From positions 21,824 through 85,823 of the forward strand of contig JAHLKU010000003.1 of the NCBI GenBank assembly GCA_020444505.1: DNA of 64,000 nt, written 5' to 3'. This DNA is from Actinomycetota bacterium (GTDB taxonomy: Bacteria > Actinomycetota > Acidimicrobiia > Spongiisociales > UBA11373). The position numbers and the translations under genes were made by a program. Numbering within the stretch: the stretch's first letter is position 1; every line of letters begins with the position of its first letter. The notes below the pieces were generated by a model, which had not been told where the DNA came from, did no database searches, and worked only from the letters and a program-made list of their open reading frames with translations. Positions 38,701 through 48,857 of the stretch are shown here, piece after piece.

Positions 38701-39046
38701 GCTGCGCATCGACCCGTCGAGCGGCGTGCCGCTCTACCTCCAGTTGTCGGCGGCGCTGCGGCGCGCCCTCGCCGAGGGCGAGGTCGATCCGGGCGACCGC
38801 CTGCCCCCGGCGCGCGAGATGGCCGCCTCCCTCGGGGTGAACATGCACACCGTGCTGCGCTCGTACCGCGAACTGCGCGACGAGGGCCTGCTCGACCTCC
38901 GGCGCGGAAGGGGCGCCGTCGTGTGCGAAGGCGCCGGTGGCGACGCCGCCCTCCGGGCGATGGTGTCCGGCCTGGCCGCCGAAGCCCGCCGCCAGGGGCG
39001 CACGCCCGACGAGATCGGAGCCATGATCCGAGAGGAGATGCGATGA
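38696..39046 (+). CDS. GntR (YtrA subfamily) transcriptional regulator
   Basis: 116 aa; SGVPLYLQL, LPPAREMAASLGVNMHTVLRSYRELRDEGL..RRGRG. Confidence 0.92.
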   Translation: MLLRIDPSSGVPLYLQLSAALRRALAEGEVDPGDRLPPAREMAASLGVNMHTVLRSYRELRDEGLLDLRRGRGAVVCEGAGGDAALRAMVSGLAAEARRQGRTPDEIGAMIREEMR

Positions 39047-39957
39047 AGCGGCTGGCGTTCCTGGTCGGCCCCGGCATCCTGCTGGTGGCCGTTGCGGTCC
39101 CCGCCGTCGCCTTCTGGGGCGACTTCCCCGACCCGATCGCCGTCCACTGGGGCCTGAGCGGGGCGCCGGATGGGGCGCTGGCCCCGGCGGTGCTGTTCGC
39201 CGGCCTCGGCGCGCTGATGGCCGCCGTCTGGTGGGGGGCCGCGCGCGCCGCCGCCCGGGCCACGGTCGAGGCGGGCTCGTACGCCGCAGGGCTGTGGTTC
39301 GTCGGCGGTCTGCTCGCAGCGGTCTCCTGGGTGGTGGCGCTGGCCAATCGCGGCGTCGCCGACTGGCACGATGCCGGCAGGGTCGGGTGGCCGGCGATCG
39401 TGGCCGTCGTGGGCGGCGGCCTGGCGGCGGGCGTGCTCGGCTGGCTGGCCGCCGGGGGCCCCGGGGAAGCGGCGCCGCCCGCTCCCGCCCCGGCGGCGAA
39501 GCCCGATGCCGGCCTGGTGTGGTCGGGGTCGGCGCGTGGCTGGGTCGTGGCCGTCGCGGCCCTCGTCGTCGTCGTGGCGGGCTTCGTGCAGTGGGGATGG
39601 CCGACCGTGGTCCTGGCCGCCGTGGGGGTGGTGCTCCTGGTGTTCTCCGAGGTCCGGCTCACGGTCGGGGCCGACGGCGCCGTCGTCGGACTCGGGCCGC
39701 TGGGCGTGCCGTTCTGGAAGATCCCGCTGGCGGACGTCACCGGTGCCGACGCCGAGCACGTGTCCCCGATGGCCTACGGCGGGTGGGGCTACCGGGGCCG
39801 TCCCGGCGTGCGCGCCGTGGTGATCCGGGGCGGGGACGGGGTTCGCCTCCGGCGCGCTCGCAAGCCCGACCTGATCGTGACGGTGGACGACGCCGAGCGC
39901 GGGGCGGCGGTGGTGAACGCGCTGGTGGGCGCCGGGGCCGATGGGGGCCCCGGCTAG
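39043..39957 (+). CDS. DUF1648-type membrane protein
   Basis: PDPIAVHWGLSGAPDG, multiple TMs, C-terminal YGGWGYR; coupled to the YtrA gene. Confidence 0.8.
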   Translation: MKRLAFLVGPGILLVAVAVPAVAFWGDFPDPIAVHWGLSGAPDGALAPAVLFAGLGALMAAVWWGAARAAARATVEAGSYAAGLWFVGGLLAAVSWVVALANRGVADWHDAGRVGWPAIVAVVGGGLAAGVLGWLAAGGPGEAAPPAPAPAAKPDAGLVWSGSARGWVVAVAALVVVVAGFVQWGWPTVVLAAVGVVLLVFSEVRLTVGADGAVVGLGPLGVPFWKIPLADVTGADAEHVSPMAYGGWGYRGRPGVRAVVIRGGDGVRLRRARKPDLIVTVDDAERGAAVVNALVGAGADGGPG

Positions 39958-40733
39958 ACCCCCTCGGGGCGCCGCGCCACCCACACCACCCACGACAGCA
40001 CCTGCCGGTCGCGACGGTGGTCTTCGGCCCAGCGGCGCTGCTCTTCGCGGTGCTCGTCCGCCCGCGGGCCCTCCCAGGCGGCCGCCGACCCGGCGATGCG
40101 GGCGTCGTATGCCTCGAAGGAGTCGTCGGGCACGACGGTGGGCACGGCATCGGTGAGGCCCAATCCAGCCAGTGCGGCCGCCTGCTCGTCGAGCGACGGC
40201 ATCCGCCCGTGCTCGGCGGCCACCGCGGCGGAGTCGGCGCCGGGCTTCAGCACGAGGTCGCCGATGGCCATCGTGCCGCCGGGGCGGCAGCGCCCTGCCA
40301 CGGCGCGCGCCGTGCCGGTGAACCCGTGCCAGACCCAGGACGCCCCCAGGCAGGTGACGGCATCCCAGTGCCCGGCGGGGTACGCCCTCGCATCGCCCAG
40401 CACCCACCGCAGGTCGGCGTCGGGCACCCGCCGGCGGGCCTCCCGGGCCGCCCGGGAGACGGCCCACGGCGACAGGTCCACCCCGGTGCCGGCCACCGGG
40501 CCGCGTTCGGCGGCACGGATCAGCAGTTCGCCGTGGCCGCAGGCGAGGTCGAGCATGCCGGCGCCCGGGGCGGGCGCCAGCGCGTCGAGCAACCGCTCGA
40601 GGTCGGCGGGGAGCATGGGGTTGCAGATCCGCATGCGATGGTGGAGCGCCTCGAACACCTCGAACCGCTCCCACGAGCCGGTCACGTCGGTGCCGGGGAG
40701 CACCTCCACGCCCGGGGGCAGCCGGGGCGTCAC
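39954..40733 (-). CDS. Class I SAM-dependent methyltransferase
   Basis: RICNP, MLDLACGHGELL, GTGVDLS, WDAVTCLGASW, RPGG. Confidence 0.82.
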   Translation of the reverse strand: MTPRLPPGVEVLPGTDVTGSWERFEVFEALHHRMRICNPMLPADLERLLDALAPAPGAGMLDLACGHGELLIRAAERGPVAGTGVDLSPWAVSRAAREARRRVPDADLRWVLGDARAYPAGHWDAVTCLGASWVWHGFTGTARAVAGRCRPGGTMAIGDLVLKPGADSAAVAAEHGRMPSLDEQAAALAGLGLTDAVPTVVPDDSFEAYDARIAGSAAAWEGPRADEHREEQRRWAEDHRRDRQVLSWVVWVARRPEGV

Positions 40734-41146
40734 CCGTACTCGACCCCGGTGACGGCGAACGTGCCGCCGCCCACCGCGGTCAGGCGCCCGGCGGCCGTGC
40801 GCACCTCGGCGTCGGCGGCGGCGAGGCGCCTGCCCAGCCGCACGATCTCGCCGGTGGCCACCAGGTCCTCGCCCTCCGCAGGCTCGAGCAGCCGGACGCT
40901 GAAGTCCACCGTGGAGATCCACGTGTCGTAGTGCACCGCGGCGGTGAACCAGGCGGCCGTGTCGATGAGGGTGGCGAAGACGCCGCCGTGGACCTGCCCG
41001 AGGCCGTGGTCCAGGAACGGGGCGTGGGCGATGCCGACCACGGCGCGGAGGTCGGCATCGAACCGCAGGGTCATCCCGAGGTGTGCGGCCAGCGGGGCGC
41101 GGCCGAACAGGTCGGTCATGCGGGTGGCGCGGGCGTCGGGTGTCAC
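40730..41146 (-). CDS. PaaI-family (hotdog) thioesterase
   Basis: GQVHGGVFATLIDTA, STVDFSVRLL, RLGRR. Confidence 0.88.
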   Translation of the reverse strand: MTPDARATRMTDLFGRAPLAAHLGMTLRFDADLRAVVGIAHAPFLDHGLGQVHGGVFATLIDTAAWFTAAVHYDTWISTVDFSVRLLEPAEGEDLVATGEIVRLGRRLAAADAEVRTAAGRLTAVGGGTFAVTGVEYG

Positions 41147-41177
41147 GACCGGGATCGTACCGGCCCCGGCTCCCGGA

Positions 41178-42119
41178 TCAGACCAGGTCTTCCTCGCGGA
41201 GGCCGAAGGCGGGGTGGCGAAGCTTGGCCAGGGCCCGCTTCTCCAGCTGGCGGATGCGCTCGGGGGTCAGCTTCAGCGACCCGCCGATCTCCTCCAGCGT
41301 GCGCGGGATGCCGTCCTCGCCGAACCCGAAGCGGGCGGTGAGGATGTAGCGCTCCCGCTCGTCGAGGCGGGACACCGCGCTGCGCAGCTCGCGGGCCACG
41401 TCGGCGCGCTCGGCGGCCAGGCCGATGTCGTCGGCGTCGGCGTCGGCGATGAAGTCGGCGAGTTCGGCGCCGTCCTCGCCGACCGGCTGCTCGATGGACA
41501 CCTCGCTGGAGACGGCGAGGGCCCGCTCGACCTGCGCCAGGTCGATGCCGGTCTCCTCGGCGATCTCCTCGGGGCGGGGCTCCCGGCCCAGGATGCCGCG
41601 GAGCGTGGAGGAGGCGGAGCGGATCGTGCCGAGGGTCTCGTGCAGGTGCACCGGGATCCGGACCACCCGGGACTTCTCGGCGACGGCGCGCTGCAGCGCC
41701 TGGCGGATCCACCAGGTGGCGTAGGTGGAGAACTTGAAGCCCTTGCGCCAGTCGAACTTCTCGACGGCCCGGATGAGGCCCAGGTTGCCTTCCTGGACCA
41801 GATCGCCCATCTCGAGCCCGTTGGCGTTGGCGAAGCGGCGGGCGTTGGCGACCACCAGGCGCAGGTTGGAGGCGACGAAGCGGTCCTTGGCCTGGCGCCC
41901 GAGCCGGGCCTCGCGGCGGAGCCGGGTCTGGTCGACCTTGCCGTCGTAGTCGCCGCTCTCGAGCCGCTCGGCGGCCTCGCGGCCGGCCTCGATGGCCTGC
42001 GCCAGTTCGACCTCCTCGTCTGCCGTGAGCAGGTCGTAGCGCCCCATCTCCTCCATGTAGAGGGTGAGGCCGTCGGGAAGCGGCTCCGTGCGCGGTCGTG
42101 CGGTCATCGTGGTCATCAC
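41178..42119 (-). CDS. RNA polymerase sigma-70 factor, RpoD-like without region 1.1 (group 2)
   Basis: LLTADEEVELA, NLRLVV, DLVQEGNLGLIRAVEKFD..KGFKFSTYATWWIRQA, RTLEEIG..L.LTPERIRQLE; exact start uncertain. Confidence 0.93.
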   Translation of the reverse strand: MMTTMTARPRTEPLPDGLTLYMEEMGRYDLLTADEEVELAQAIEAGREAAERLESGDYDGKVDQTRLRREARLGRQAKDRFVASNLRLVVANARRFANANGLEMGDLVQEGNLGLIRAVEKFDWRKGFKFSTYATWWIRQALQRAVAEKSRVVRIPVHLHETLGTIRSASSTLRGILGREPRPEEIAEETGIDLAQVERALAVSSEVSIEQPVGEDGAELADFIADADADDIGLAAERADVARELRSAVSRLDERERYILTARFGFGEDGIPRTLEEIGGSLKLTPERIRQLEKRALAKLRHPAFGLREEDLV

Positions 42120-42213
42120 TGGCTAGAACGACCGGGTGGGGCCGGAGATTCCCGGTTTTCGCGCCGTCCGGCACTCCTAGGCTGCCCGGGTAGGGAGTGA
42201 GGAGGAGACGGGC

Positions 42214-43110
42214 ATGGCCGACATCGTGGTGGTGGGGAGCCTGAACGAGGACACCACGGTCCGTGTCGCCCATCTCCCGCACCCCGGCGAGACCGTGCTC
42301 GGCCAGGGGCATTTCTCCGATGCCGGTGGCAAGGGTGCCAACCAGGCGGTCGCCGCCGCCCGGCTGGGCGCCGCCGTGGCCATGATCGGGATGGTGGGCG
42401 CCGACGCCCAGGGCGCCCGGCTGCTGGCGGGGCTCCGCGCCGCCGGGGTGGACACGGCGGCGGTCGGCAAGTCGCCCGAAGCCGCGACCGGCCTGGCGCT
42501 GATCACCGTCGACGAGCACGGCGAGAACATGATCGTGGTCAGCCCCGGGGCCAACGCCGTCCTCCGCCCCGCCGACGTGGCCGCCGCCGGCCTGGTCGAG
42601 GAGGCCGGCATCACGCTGCTGCAACTGGAGATCCGCGCCGACACGGTGCAGGAGGCCGCCGTCAGGAGCCGGGGCACGGTGATCCTGAACCCGGCTCCCG
42701 CCCGCCACCTGGACGCCGCGCTCCTCGCCGAGGTGGACGTCCTGATCCCGAATCGCACCGAACTGGCCGCCCTTGCCGGCGCCCCCGAGCCCGGCACCAT
42801 CGAGGAGGCGGCCGCCCTGGCGGCGGCGATCCGGGGGCCCGGCGCCGTGGTGGTGACCCTCGGTGCCGAGGGGGCGCTGCTGGTGGAGGGCGGCAGGTCG
42901 CTGCACGTGCCCGCGGTGCCGGTGGCGCCGGTGGACCCGACGGGTGCCGGCGACGCGTTCTGCGCCGGCATGGCCGACGCACTGGTGCGGGGCGCCGCCA
43001 TCGACGAGGCCGTGCGGTGGGCGGTGCGGTGCGGAGCCGCCGCCACCACGCGCTGGGGCGCCCAGGCGGCGCTGCCGCGGCGCGCCGACGTGGAGGCGCT
43101 GGCGCCGTGA
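42214..43110 (+). CDS. rbsK: Ribokinase
   Basis: VVGSLNED, PHPGETV, GGKGANQAVAAARLG, GENMIVV.PGAN, NPAP, DPTGAGDAF. Confidence 0.9.
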   Translation: MADIVVVGSLNEDTTVRVAHLPHPGETVLGQGHFSDAGGKGANQAVAAARLGAAVAMIGMVGADAQGARLLAGLRAAGVDTAAVGKSPEAATGLALITVDEHGENMIVVSPGANAVLRPADVAAAGLVEEAGITLLQLEIRADTVQEAAVRSRGTVILNPAPARHLDAALLAEVDVLIPNRTELAALAGAPEPGTIEEAAALAAAIRGPGAVVVTLGAEGALLVEGGRSLHVPAVPVAPVDPTGAGDAFCAGMADALVRGAAIDEAVRWAVRCGAAATTRWGAQAALPRRADVEALAP

Positions 43111-44039
43111 CCCGGCGGATCGTGATCGACACCGACCCCGGCCAGGACGACGCCGTCGCCCTGCTGCTCGCCCTCGCATCCCCCGAGCTGGAGGTGGCCG
43201 CCGTCACCGCCGTCGCCGGCAATGTGCCGCTGTCGCGCACCTCGGTCAACGCCCGGGTGGTGTGCGAGCTGGCGGGGCGGCCGGACGTGCCGGTGTATGC
43301 CGGGTGCGACCGGCCCCTGCGACGCGAGCCGTACACCGCCGAGTACGTCCACGGCCCGACGGGGCTGGACGGGGCCGACCTGCCCGAACCGGTCATGCCG
43401 CTCGCCGACGGCCATGCGGTGGACGCCCTGGCCCGTCTGTTGACCGCGGCCGAGCCGGCGTCGGTGACCCTCTGCACCCTGGGGCCGCTCACCAACGTGG
43501 CGACGCTGCTCCGCGACCATCCCGGCGCCGGCCGCGGCCTCGCCGGCATCGTCGCGATGGGCGGGGGGTTCTTCGAGGGAGGCAACACCACGCCGGCAGC
43601 GGAGTTCAACATCTACGTGGACCCCGAGGCCGCCGACATCGTGTTCCGGTCGGGGCTGCCGCTGACGTTGTTCCCGCTCGACGCCACCCACCAGGTGCTG
43701 ATCCTCGACGACCACCTGCGCAGGCTGCGGGCGCTGGGGCGGGTCGGCCGGGCCGTCGCCGGGTGGCTGGAGTTCTACGAACGGTGGGACGTGGCCAAGT
43801 ACGGCTTCGAGGGCGGGCCGCTGCACGACCCCTGCGTGATCGCCTACCTGCTCGCCCCCGGGCTGTTCGGCGGAAAGGACTGCAACGTCCAGATCGAGGT
43901 CGAGTCGCCGCTGACCGTGGGGATGACGGTGGTGGACTGGTGGGGCGTCACCGGGGACCCCGCCAACTGCCACGTGGTGCGCGACGTGGACGCCGAAGGG
44001 TTCTTCGATCTGCTGATCGAGCGTCTCGGCAGGCTGTGA
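43107..44039 (+). CDS. Inosine/uridine-preferring nucleoside hydrolase
   Basis: IDTDPGQDD, VAGN, VHGPTGL, LGPLTN, GNTTPAAEFNIYVDPEAA, PLHDP. Confidence 0.93.
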   Translation: MTRRIVIDTDPGQDDAVALLLALASPELEVAAVTAVAGNVPLSRTSVNARVVCELAGRPDVPVYAGCDRPLRREPYTAEYVHGPTGLDGADLPEPVMPLADGHAVDALARLLTAAEPASVTLCTLGPLTNVATLLRDHPGAGRGLAGIVAMGGGFFEGGNTTPAAEFNIYVDPEAADIVFRSGLPLTLFPLDATHQVLILDDHLRRLRALGRVGRAVAGWLEFYERWDVAKYGFEGGPLHDPCVIAYLLAPGLFGGKDCNVQIEVESPLTVGMTVVDWWGVTGDPANCHVVRDVDAEGFFDLLIERLGRL

Positions 44040-44048
44040 ACCGGGCCG

Positions 44049-44561
44049 TCAGGGTGCCCGCAACGTGCCGTCGGTGAACAGCCGGGGCGGGAGCAGCCAC
44101 CGCAGCCTGCAGGTGCCGGGACCGATCGCCTCCCAGGACGACACCAGGGTCTCCAGCCCCGCTGCGGCCGCGGTGGGCATCCGTACCCTGCCGCCGCCCG
44201 CCAGCACCGACACGGTCTCGGACCAGGTGGGCTCGTGACCGACCACCAGCACCCGGATCGACGGCCCCGGCACCGCCTTGACGGCGGCGAGCACGTCGGC
44301 GGGCCCGCCGCCGTAGAGGTCGTCGACCACCATCACCTCGGCGCTCCACCCGCCGGCTGCGGCGGCCATCTCGGCGGTGGTGAACGCCCGCACCGCCGGC
44401 GAGGTGAGGATGAAGTCCGGCACCCGGCCGGCGGCGGTGAGCACCCGGCCCATGGTGTCGGCGGCGGCCCTGCCCCGGGCCGATAACGGCCGGCGGGCGT
44501 CGAGCTCGAACGACGCCTCCCAGTCGGACTTGGCGTGCCGCATCAGGATCAACTCGGCCAT
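44049..44561 (-). CDS. sixA: SixA-like phosphohistidine phosphatase
   Basis: LILMRHAKSDW, RPLSARG, TSPAVRA, VVGHEP, MPTA. Confidence 0.85.
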   Translation of the reverse strand: MAELILMRHAKSDWEASFELDARRPLSARGRAAADTMGRVLTAAGRVPDFILTSPAVRAFTTAEMAAAAGGWSAEVMVVDDLYGGGPADVLAAVKAVPGPSIRVLVVGHEPTWSETVSVLAGGGRVRMPTAAAAGLETLVSSWEAIGPGTCRLRWLLPPRLFTDGTLRAP

Positions 44562-45193
44562 CACACCATCCCCACCGAGAGGGCGAAGAGCACCTGGGCC
44601 GCGTAGTACAGGGGCAGCCCCACGATGCGGTTGTCGAACCCCCGGGCGACGAACTGGTCCCGGGCCACGAAGAGGTCGGAGACGTAGAACAGGGAGGCAC
44701 CGGTCAGCACCGGCCACGGCGCGCCGCCCGACGACGCCCCGACGGCGGCGGCGACCATGGCCGTGATCACCACCAGGTAGGCGATCACCGGCGGCCGCAG
44801 CCCCCGGGGGACGTGGGGGAGCAGCCATCGGCCGACGGCCGCCGCCACGGCGGCGAGGATCCCGGCGGCCACGACGGCGGCGATGGCCCGGATGCCGAGG
44901 TCCCCGAAGGCGCCGAGGAAGGCGACGTGGGCCGCCAGGAAGGCGCCGAGGCCGGCGGCGAACATCGGGCGGAGATCGATGGACAGCGCCACGTCGCCCA
45001 CCCAGGCCAGGGCGAGGGCCGCGAGCACCCAGCGTCCGTAGGTGGTGTCGGACGCGCCGGAGGCGAGGGCCAGCGCCAGGTAGCCGGCTGAGGCCGCCGC
45101 CTTGGGCCACACCCGCCAACCCTCCCTGGTCCGCTCTCCGACGAGGGTGACGGCCAGCGAGACGGCGACGGCCGCGACCAGGGCGACTTCCAT
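44561..45193 (-). CDS. YhhN/lysoplasmalogenase family membrane protein
   Basis: GDVAL, GLGAFLAAHVAF, GASLFYVSDLFVA, YYAAQ. Confidence 0.85.
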   Translation of the reverse strand: MEVALVAAVAVSLAVTLVGERTREGWRVWPKAAASAGYLALALASGASDTTYGRWVLAALALAWVGDVALSIDLRPMFAAGLGAFLAAHVAFLGAFGDLGIRAIAAVVAAGILAAVAAAVGRWLLPHVPRGLRPPVIAYLVVITAMVAAAVGASSGGAPWPVLTGASLFYVSDLFVARDQFVARGFDNRIVGLPLYYAAQVLFALSVGMV

Positions 45194-45226
45194 GGCGCCG
45201 AGCCTACCCCTGCGAGGCGGGTGCGC

Positions 45227-46336
45227 TCAGAGGCGCTCCAGCACGTGGTCGAGGGCGGCGGCGAGGCGCTCCACGTCGTCGAGGGCGACGTTGGGGAACA
45301 TGCCGAATCGCACGGTGTTGCCGCCCATCTTCCGGTAGCCGCGGGTGTCGAGGTAGCCGTTCGCCTCCAGGACGTCGGACACCTCGGCGGCGTCGGGACC
45401 CTCGATCTCCAGGCTCACCACGGTGGGGCTGCGATGGGCGGGGTCGGTCACGAAGGGGCGGGCCCGCTCCGATCGCTCCGCCCACTCGTACAGCACGCTC
45501 GATGCCCGGCGGCAGTGCTCGGCGGCGGCGGCCAGGCCGCCCCGGGCGGCCATCCACTCGATCTGGTCGGCCAGCAGGAACAGGGTGGCCAGTGCCGGGG
45601 TGTTGACGGTCTGGTCTCGTCGCGAGGCCGCCAGCGCGGCGGCCAGGTCCAGCATCGCCGGCACCGCCCGCCCGGCGGCGAGGCGCTCGACGCGCTCGAC
45701 GGCGGCGGGGGACAGCAGTGCGAGCCACAGTCCGCCCTCGGCGCCGAAGGCCTTCTGGGGCGAGAAGTAGTACGCGTCGAAGTGCGCGGGATCCACCTCC
45801 ATGGCCCCCGCCGCCGAGGTGGCGTCCACCAGCACCAGGGCGTCTCCCCGGGGGCGGTGGACCGGCATCCACACGCCGGTGGACGTCTCGTTGTGGGTCT
45901 CGGCCACGGCGTCGGCCCCGGTGGCGCCCACCGGGTCGGGGCGCGAGCCCGGCGGGGCGGCGGCCGTGTCGGGAGGGTCCAGATGGGGGGCGGCGGTCAC
46001 CGCGGCGGCGAAGCGGTCGGAGAACGCCCCGAATGTGTAGTGCAGGCTGCGCCGCTCGATCAGGGTGGCGACGGCGGCGTCCCAGAACAGCGTGGCGCCC
46101 CCGTTGCCGAGGGCCACCTCGTAGCCGTCGGGCAGGCCGTAGAGGGCGGCCAGGCCGGCGCGGATGCGGGCGACCACGTCGCGCACGCCGGGGCGGCGGT
46201 GGCTGGTGCCCAGGTAGGTGGCGCCGGTGGCGGCGAGGGCGGAGAGGGCCTCGGTGCGGACCAGCGACGGGCCGGACCCGAAGCGCCCGTCGCGGGGCGT
46301 GAGGCCGGGCGGGAGGGTGATGGCTGCGGGGCTCAC
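45227..46336 (-). CDS. serC: Phosphoserine aminotransferase (actinobacterial type)
   Basis: [62 protein letters not shown]. Confidence 0.92.
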   Translation of the reverse strand: MSPAAITLPPGLTPRDGRFGSGPSLVRTEALSALAATGATYLGTSHRRPGVRDVVARIRAGLAALYGLPDGYEVALGNGGATLFWDAAVATLIERRSLHYTFGAFSDRFAAAVTAAPHLDPPDTAAAPPGSRPDPVGATGADAVAETHNETSTGVWMPVHRPRGDALVLVDATSAAGAMEVDPAHFDAYYFSPQKAFGAEGGLWLALLSPAAVERVERLAAGRAVPAMLDLAAALAASRRDQTVNTPALATLFLLADQIEWMAARGGLAAAAEHCRRASSVLYEWAERSERARPFVTDPAHRSPTVVSLEIEGPDAAEVSDVLEANGYLDTRGYRKMGGNTVRFGMFPNVALDDVERLAAALDHVLERL

Positions 46337-46379
46337 GATTGCCGATAACCTACCGTCTCGCGCACCTTTGGGGGCTGGC

Positions 46380-47573
46380 ATGAGGAAGATCTCGCTGCGG
46401 CTGGCGGCGATCGAGGAGTCGGCGACCCTGGCCATCACGGCCAAGGCGAAGGCGCTGCGGGCCGCCGGGGAGCCGGTGATCGGGTTCGGCGCCGGGGAGC
46501 CCGACTTCCCGACGCCGCCGCACGTGGTGGAGGCGGCGGTCGCCGCCTGCCGGATGCCGTCGGCGCACAAGTACAGCCCCGCCGCCGGCCTGGGGGACCT
46601 GCGGGAGGCGATCGCCGAGGTCACCGCCCGCGATGCCGGCTACGAGGCCGAAGCGTCCCAGGTGGTGGTGACCAACGGCGCCAAGTTCGCCATCTTCTCC
46701 GCCCTGGCCGCGGTCCTCGACCCGGGTGACGAGGTGCTCATGCCGGCGCCCTACTGGGTGACGTACCCGGAGGCGATCGCGCTGTCGGGCGGGACCATGG
46801 TGCCGGTGGCGACCGACGTGGCGTCGGGGTTCCGGGTCACGGTGGACCAACTGGAGGCGGCCAGGACCCCCAGGACCAAGGCGCTCATCTTCGTCTCGCC
46901 GTCCAATCCCACCGGGGCGGTCTACCCGCCGGAGCGGATCGCTGCGATCGGGCGGTGGGCCGCGGAGCACGGCATCTGGGTGATCACCGACGAGATCTAC
47001 CAGTACCTCGTGTACGGCGACACGCCGTTCGCCTCGATGCCGGTGGTGGCCCCCGAGGTGGCGAGCCACTGCCTGGTGGTCAACGGCGTCTCGAAGACGT
47101 ATGCGATGACCGGCTGGCGGGTGGGGTGGCTGATCGCCCCGCAGGACATCGCCACGGCGGTGACGCGCTTCCAGTCGCACGCCACCTCCAACGTCGACAA
47201 CATCGCCCAGCACGCCGCCCTCGCCGCCCTCCGCGGCGGGCTGGAGCCGGTGGAGGAGATGCGGCTGGCCTTTGACCGGCGCCGCAAGGTGATGCATCGC
47301 ATGTTGTCGGAGACGCCCGGTGTGGAGGTGATCGAGCCGGAGGGGGCGTTCTACGCCTTCCCCTCGGTGGGGGGCCTGCTGGGACGCGACCTGGGCGGGT
47401 CGGCCGCCGCGACCTCGATGGAGCTCGCCGGGCTGCTGCTGGAGCAGGAGAAGATCGCGGTGGTCCCCGGCGAGGCGTTCGGGGCGCCCGGCTACCTCCG
47501 CTTCTCGTTCGCCATGGGCGACGACGACATCGTGGAGGGCCTCGGGCGTCTGCAACGCCTGGCGGCGGGCTGA
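46380..47573 (+). CDS. Class I PLP-dependent aminotransferase (aspartate aminotransferase-like)
   Basis: [45 protein letters not shown]. Confidence 0.92.
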   Translation: MRKISLRLAAIEESATLAITAKAKALRAAGEPVIGFGAGEPDFPTPPHVVEAAVAACRMPSAHKYSPAAGLGDLREAIAEVTARDAGYEAEASQVVVTNGAKFAIFSALAAVLDPGDEVLMPAPYWVTYPEAIALSGGTMVPVATDVASGFRVTVDQLEAARTPRTKALIFVSPSNPTGAVYPPERIAAIGRWAAEHGIWVITDEIYQYLVYGDTPFASMPVVAPEVASHCLVVNGVSKTYAMTGWRVGWLIAPQDIATAVTRFQSHATSNVDNIAQHAALAALRGGLEPVEEMRLAFDRRRKVMHRMLSETPGVEVIEPEGAFYAFPSVGGLLGRDLGGSAAATSMELAGLLLEQEKIAVVPGEAFGAPGYLRFSFAMGDDDIVEGLGRLQRLAAG

Positions 47574-47577
47574 CCGC

Positions 47578-48006
47578 TCAGCCGGGCCCGGCCAGGATCT
47601 CGAGCGCCTGCCGGTAGCCCTCGGCGCCGTGCCCGGAGATCATCGCCGCGCACGCCGGGGCGGTCACCGAGGTCGCCCGCCACGGTTCCCGTGCCCCGAT
47701 GTCGGACAGGTGCACTTCGATCACCCGCAGCCCGGTGGCCAGCACCGCGTCGTGGAGGGCGTAGGAGGTGTGGGCGAGGGCCCCGGGGTTCATCACCACC
47801 GCGTCGGCGGTCCCGATGGCCCCGTGGAGCCGGTCGATGAGCGCCCCCTCGTGGTTCGACTGGAACGTCTCGATCTCCATGCCGAGGCCGGCCGCCCACG
47901 CCCGGCACCGGTCCTCCAGCTCCGGGAGGGTGGCGGCGCCGTACACCTCGGGCTGGCGGGTGCCCAGCAGGTTCAGGTTGGGGCCGTGGAGCAGCAGCAC
48001 TCGCAT
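47578..48006 (-). CDS. aroQ: Type II 3-dehydroquinate dehydratase
   Basis: HGPNLNLLGTRQPEVYG, QSNHEG, NPGALAHTS, EVHLS. Confidence 0.95.
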   Translation of the reverse strand: MRVLLLHGPNLNLLGTRQPEVYGAATLPELEDRCRAWAAGLGMEIETFQSNHEGALIDRLHGAIGTADAVVMNPGALAHTSYALHDAVLATGLRVIEVHLSDIGAREPWRATSVTAPACAAMISGHGAEGYRQALEILAGPG

Positions 48007-48015
48007 GGCGCCAGG

Positions 48016-48762
48016 CTATCGGAGCGGGGCCGCGGCGATGCGCTCGGCCAGTGCCAGGGTCTCGGGGTCGAACGCGCCGTCGCCGATCGTGCGGCCCTCG
48101 GCGAACGCCTCCCGGACGGCTTCGAGGACGCTGGCGGTGGTGACGGGGGCGTGGTCGGCGACGGCGCCGGTGGCGGCCGGGTCCCACGCCACGCCGAGCA
48201 CGCCGTACACCGGGGTGAGGGCCCGGTTGACCAGATCGGCTCTGCCGGCCACCACCACGCCCCCCACGAACGTGGCGCCGTCCACCAGGCGCTGGCCGAC
48301 ACCGGCCAGCTTCGCGGCGCCGCCCGCGTTGATGGAGTGCGACCCGGGGCAGTACTCGCCCGGGACCTCGCCGACCCTGGCATCGACGCCCAGCGAGCGG
48401 AGTGCGGCCCTCAGGATGGCGGCGACGGCGTCGAACCGGGCCCGGATGGCGGCTCGCGGCTCGGGGTCGGGGATCGCCCACCCGAAGGCGACGGTCTCCT
48501 CGTGGAACACGGCGGCGCGTCCCCCCGCGAGCCGCAGGTAGCTGCCGAACCCGGCGGCGGCGGCCGCCCGTTTCGCCTCGGCATAGGCGGGGTGCACGGC
48601 GTCGCGGCTCCCGAAGGCCACCACCCGGTCGGGGACGTGGAGCCGCAGCGTCTCGGGCAGCTCCCCGGCCGCGACCCGCTGCAGCAGGGCGCGCGACACC
48701 GCGGTGTCGAAGCGGGGCCTGCCGGGGTGGCGGTCGGTGACGACGGTGAGCTCGGAGGGCAC
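48016..48762 (-). CDS. Lipoate-protein ligase/LipL-like family protein
   Basis: VAFGSRD, RLAGGRAAV, GEVPGEYCPG, KLAGVGQR; start approximate. Confidence 0.78.
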   Translation of the reverse strand: MPSELTVVTDRHPGRPRFDTAVSRALLQRVAAGELPETLRLHVPDRVVAFGSRDAVHPAYAEAKRAAAAAGFGSYLRLAGGRAAVFHEETVAFGWAIPDPEPRAAIRARFDAVAAILRAALRSLGVDARVGEVPGEYCPGSHSINAGGAAKLAGVGQRLVDGATFVGGVVVAGRADLVNRALTPVYGVLGVAWDPAATGAVADHAPVTTASVLEAVREAFAEGRTIGDGAFDPETLALAERIAAAPLR

Positions 48763-48857
48763 GACACGGGAGCGTACCGGTGCGGGTGGACCACGCACGC
48801 CGGGGTGCCGACCATAATCCGGGGGAGCCCGGCCGGATGCCGGGCCGAGGAGGCCCC

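Noticed and set aside
42214..44039. rbsK plus nucleoside hydrolase as part of the Grd/BMP pathway
   Set aside because: A common stand-alone pair more than 20 kb away, with no copy of the FadR box upstream
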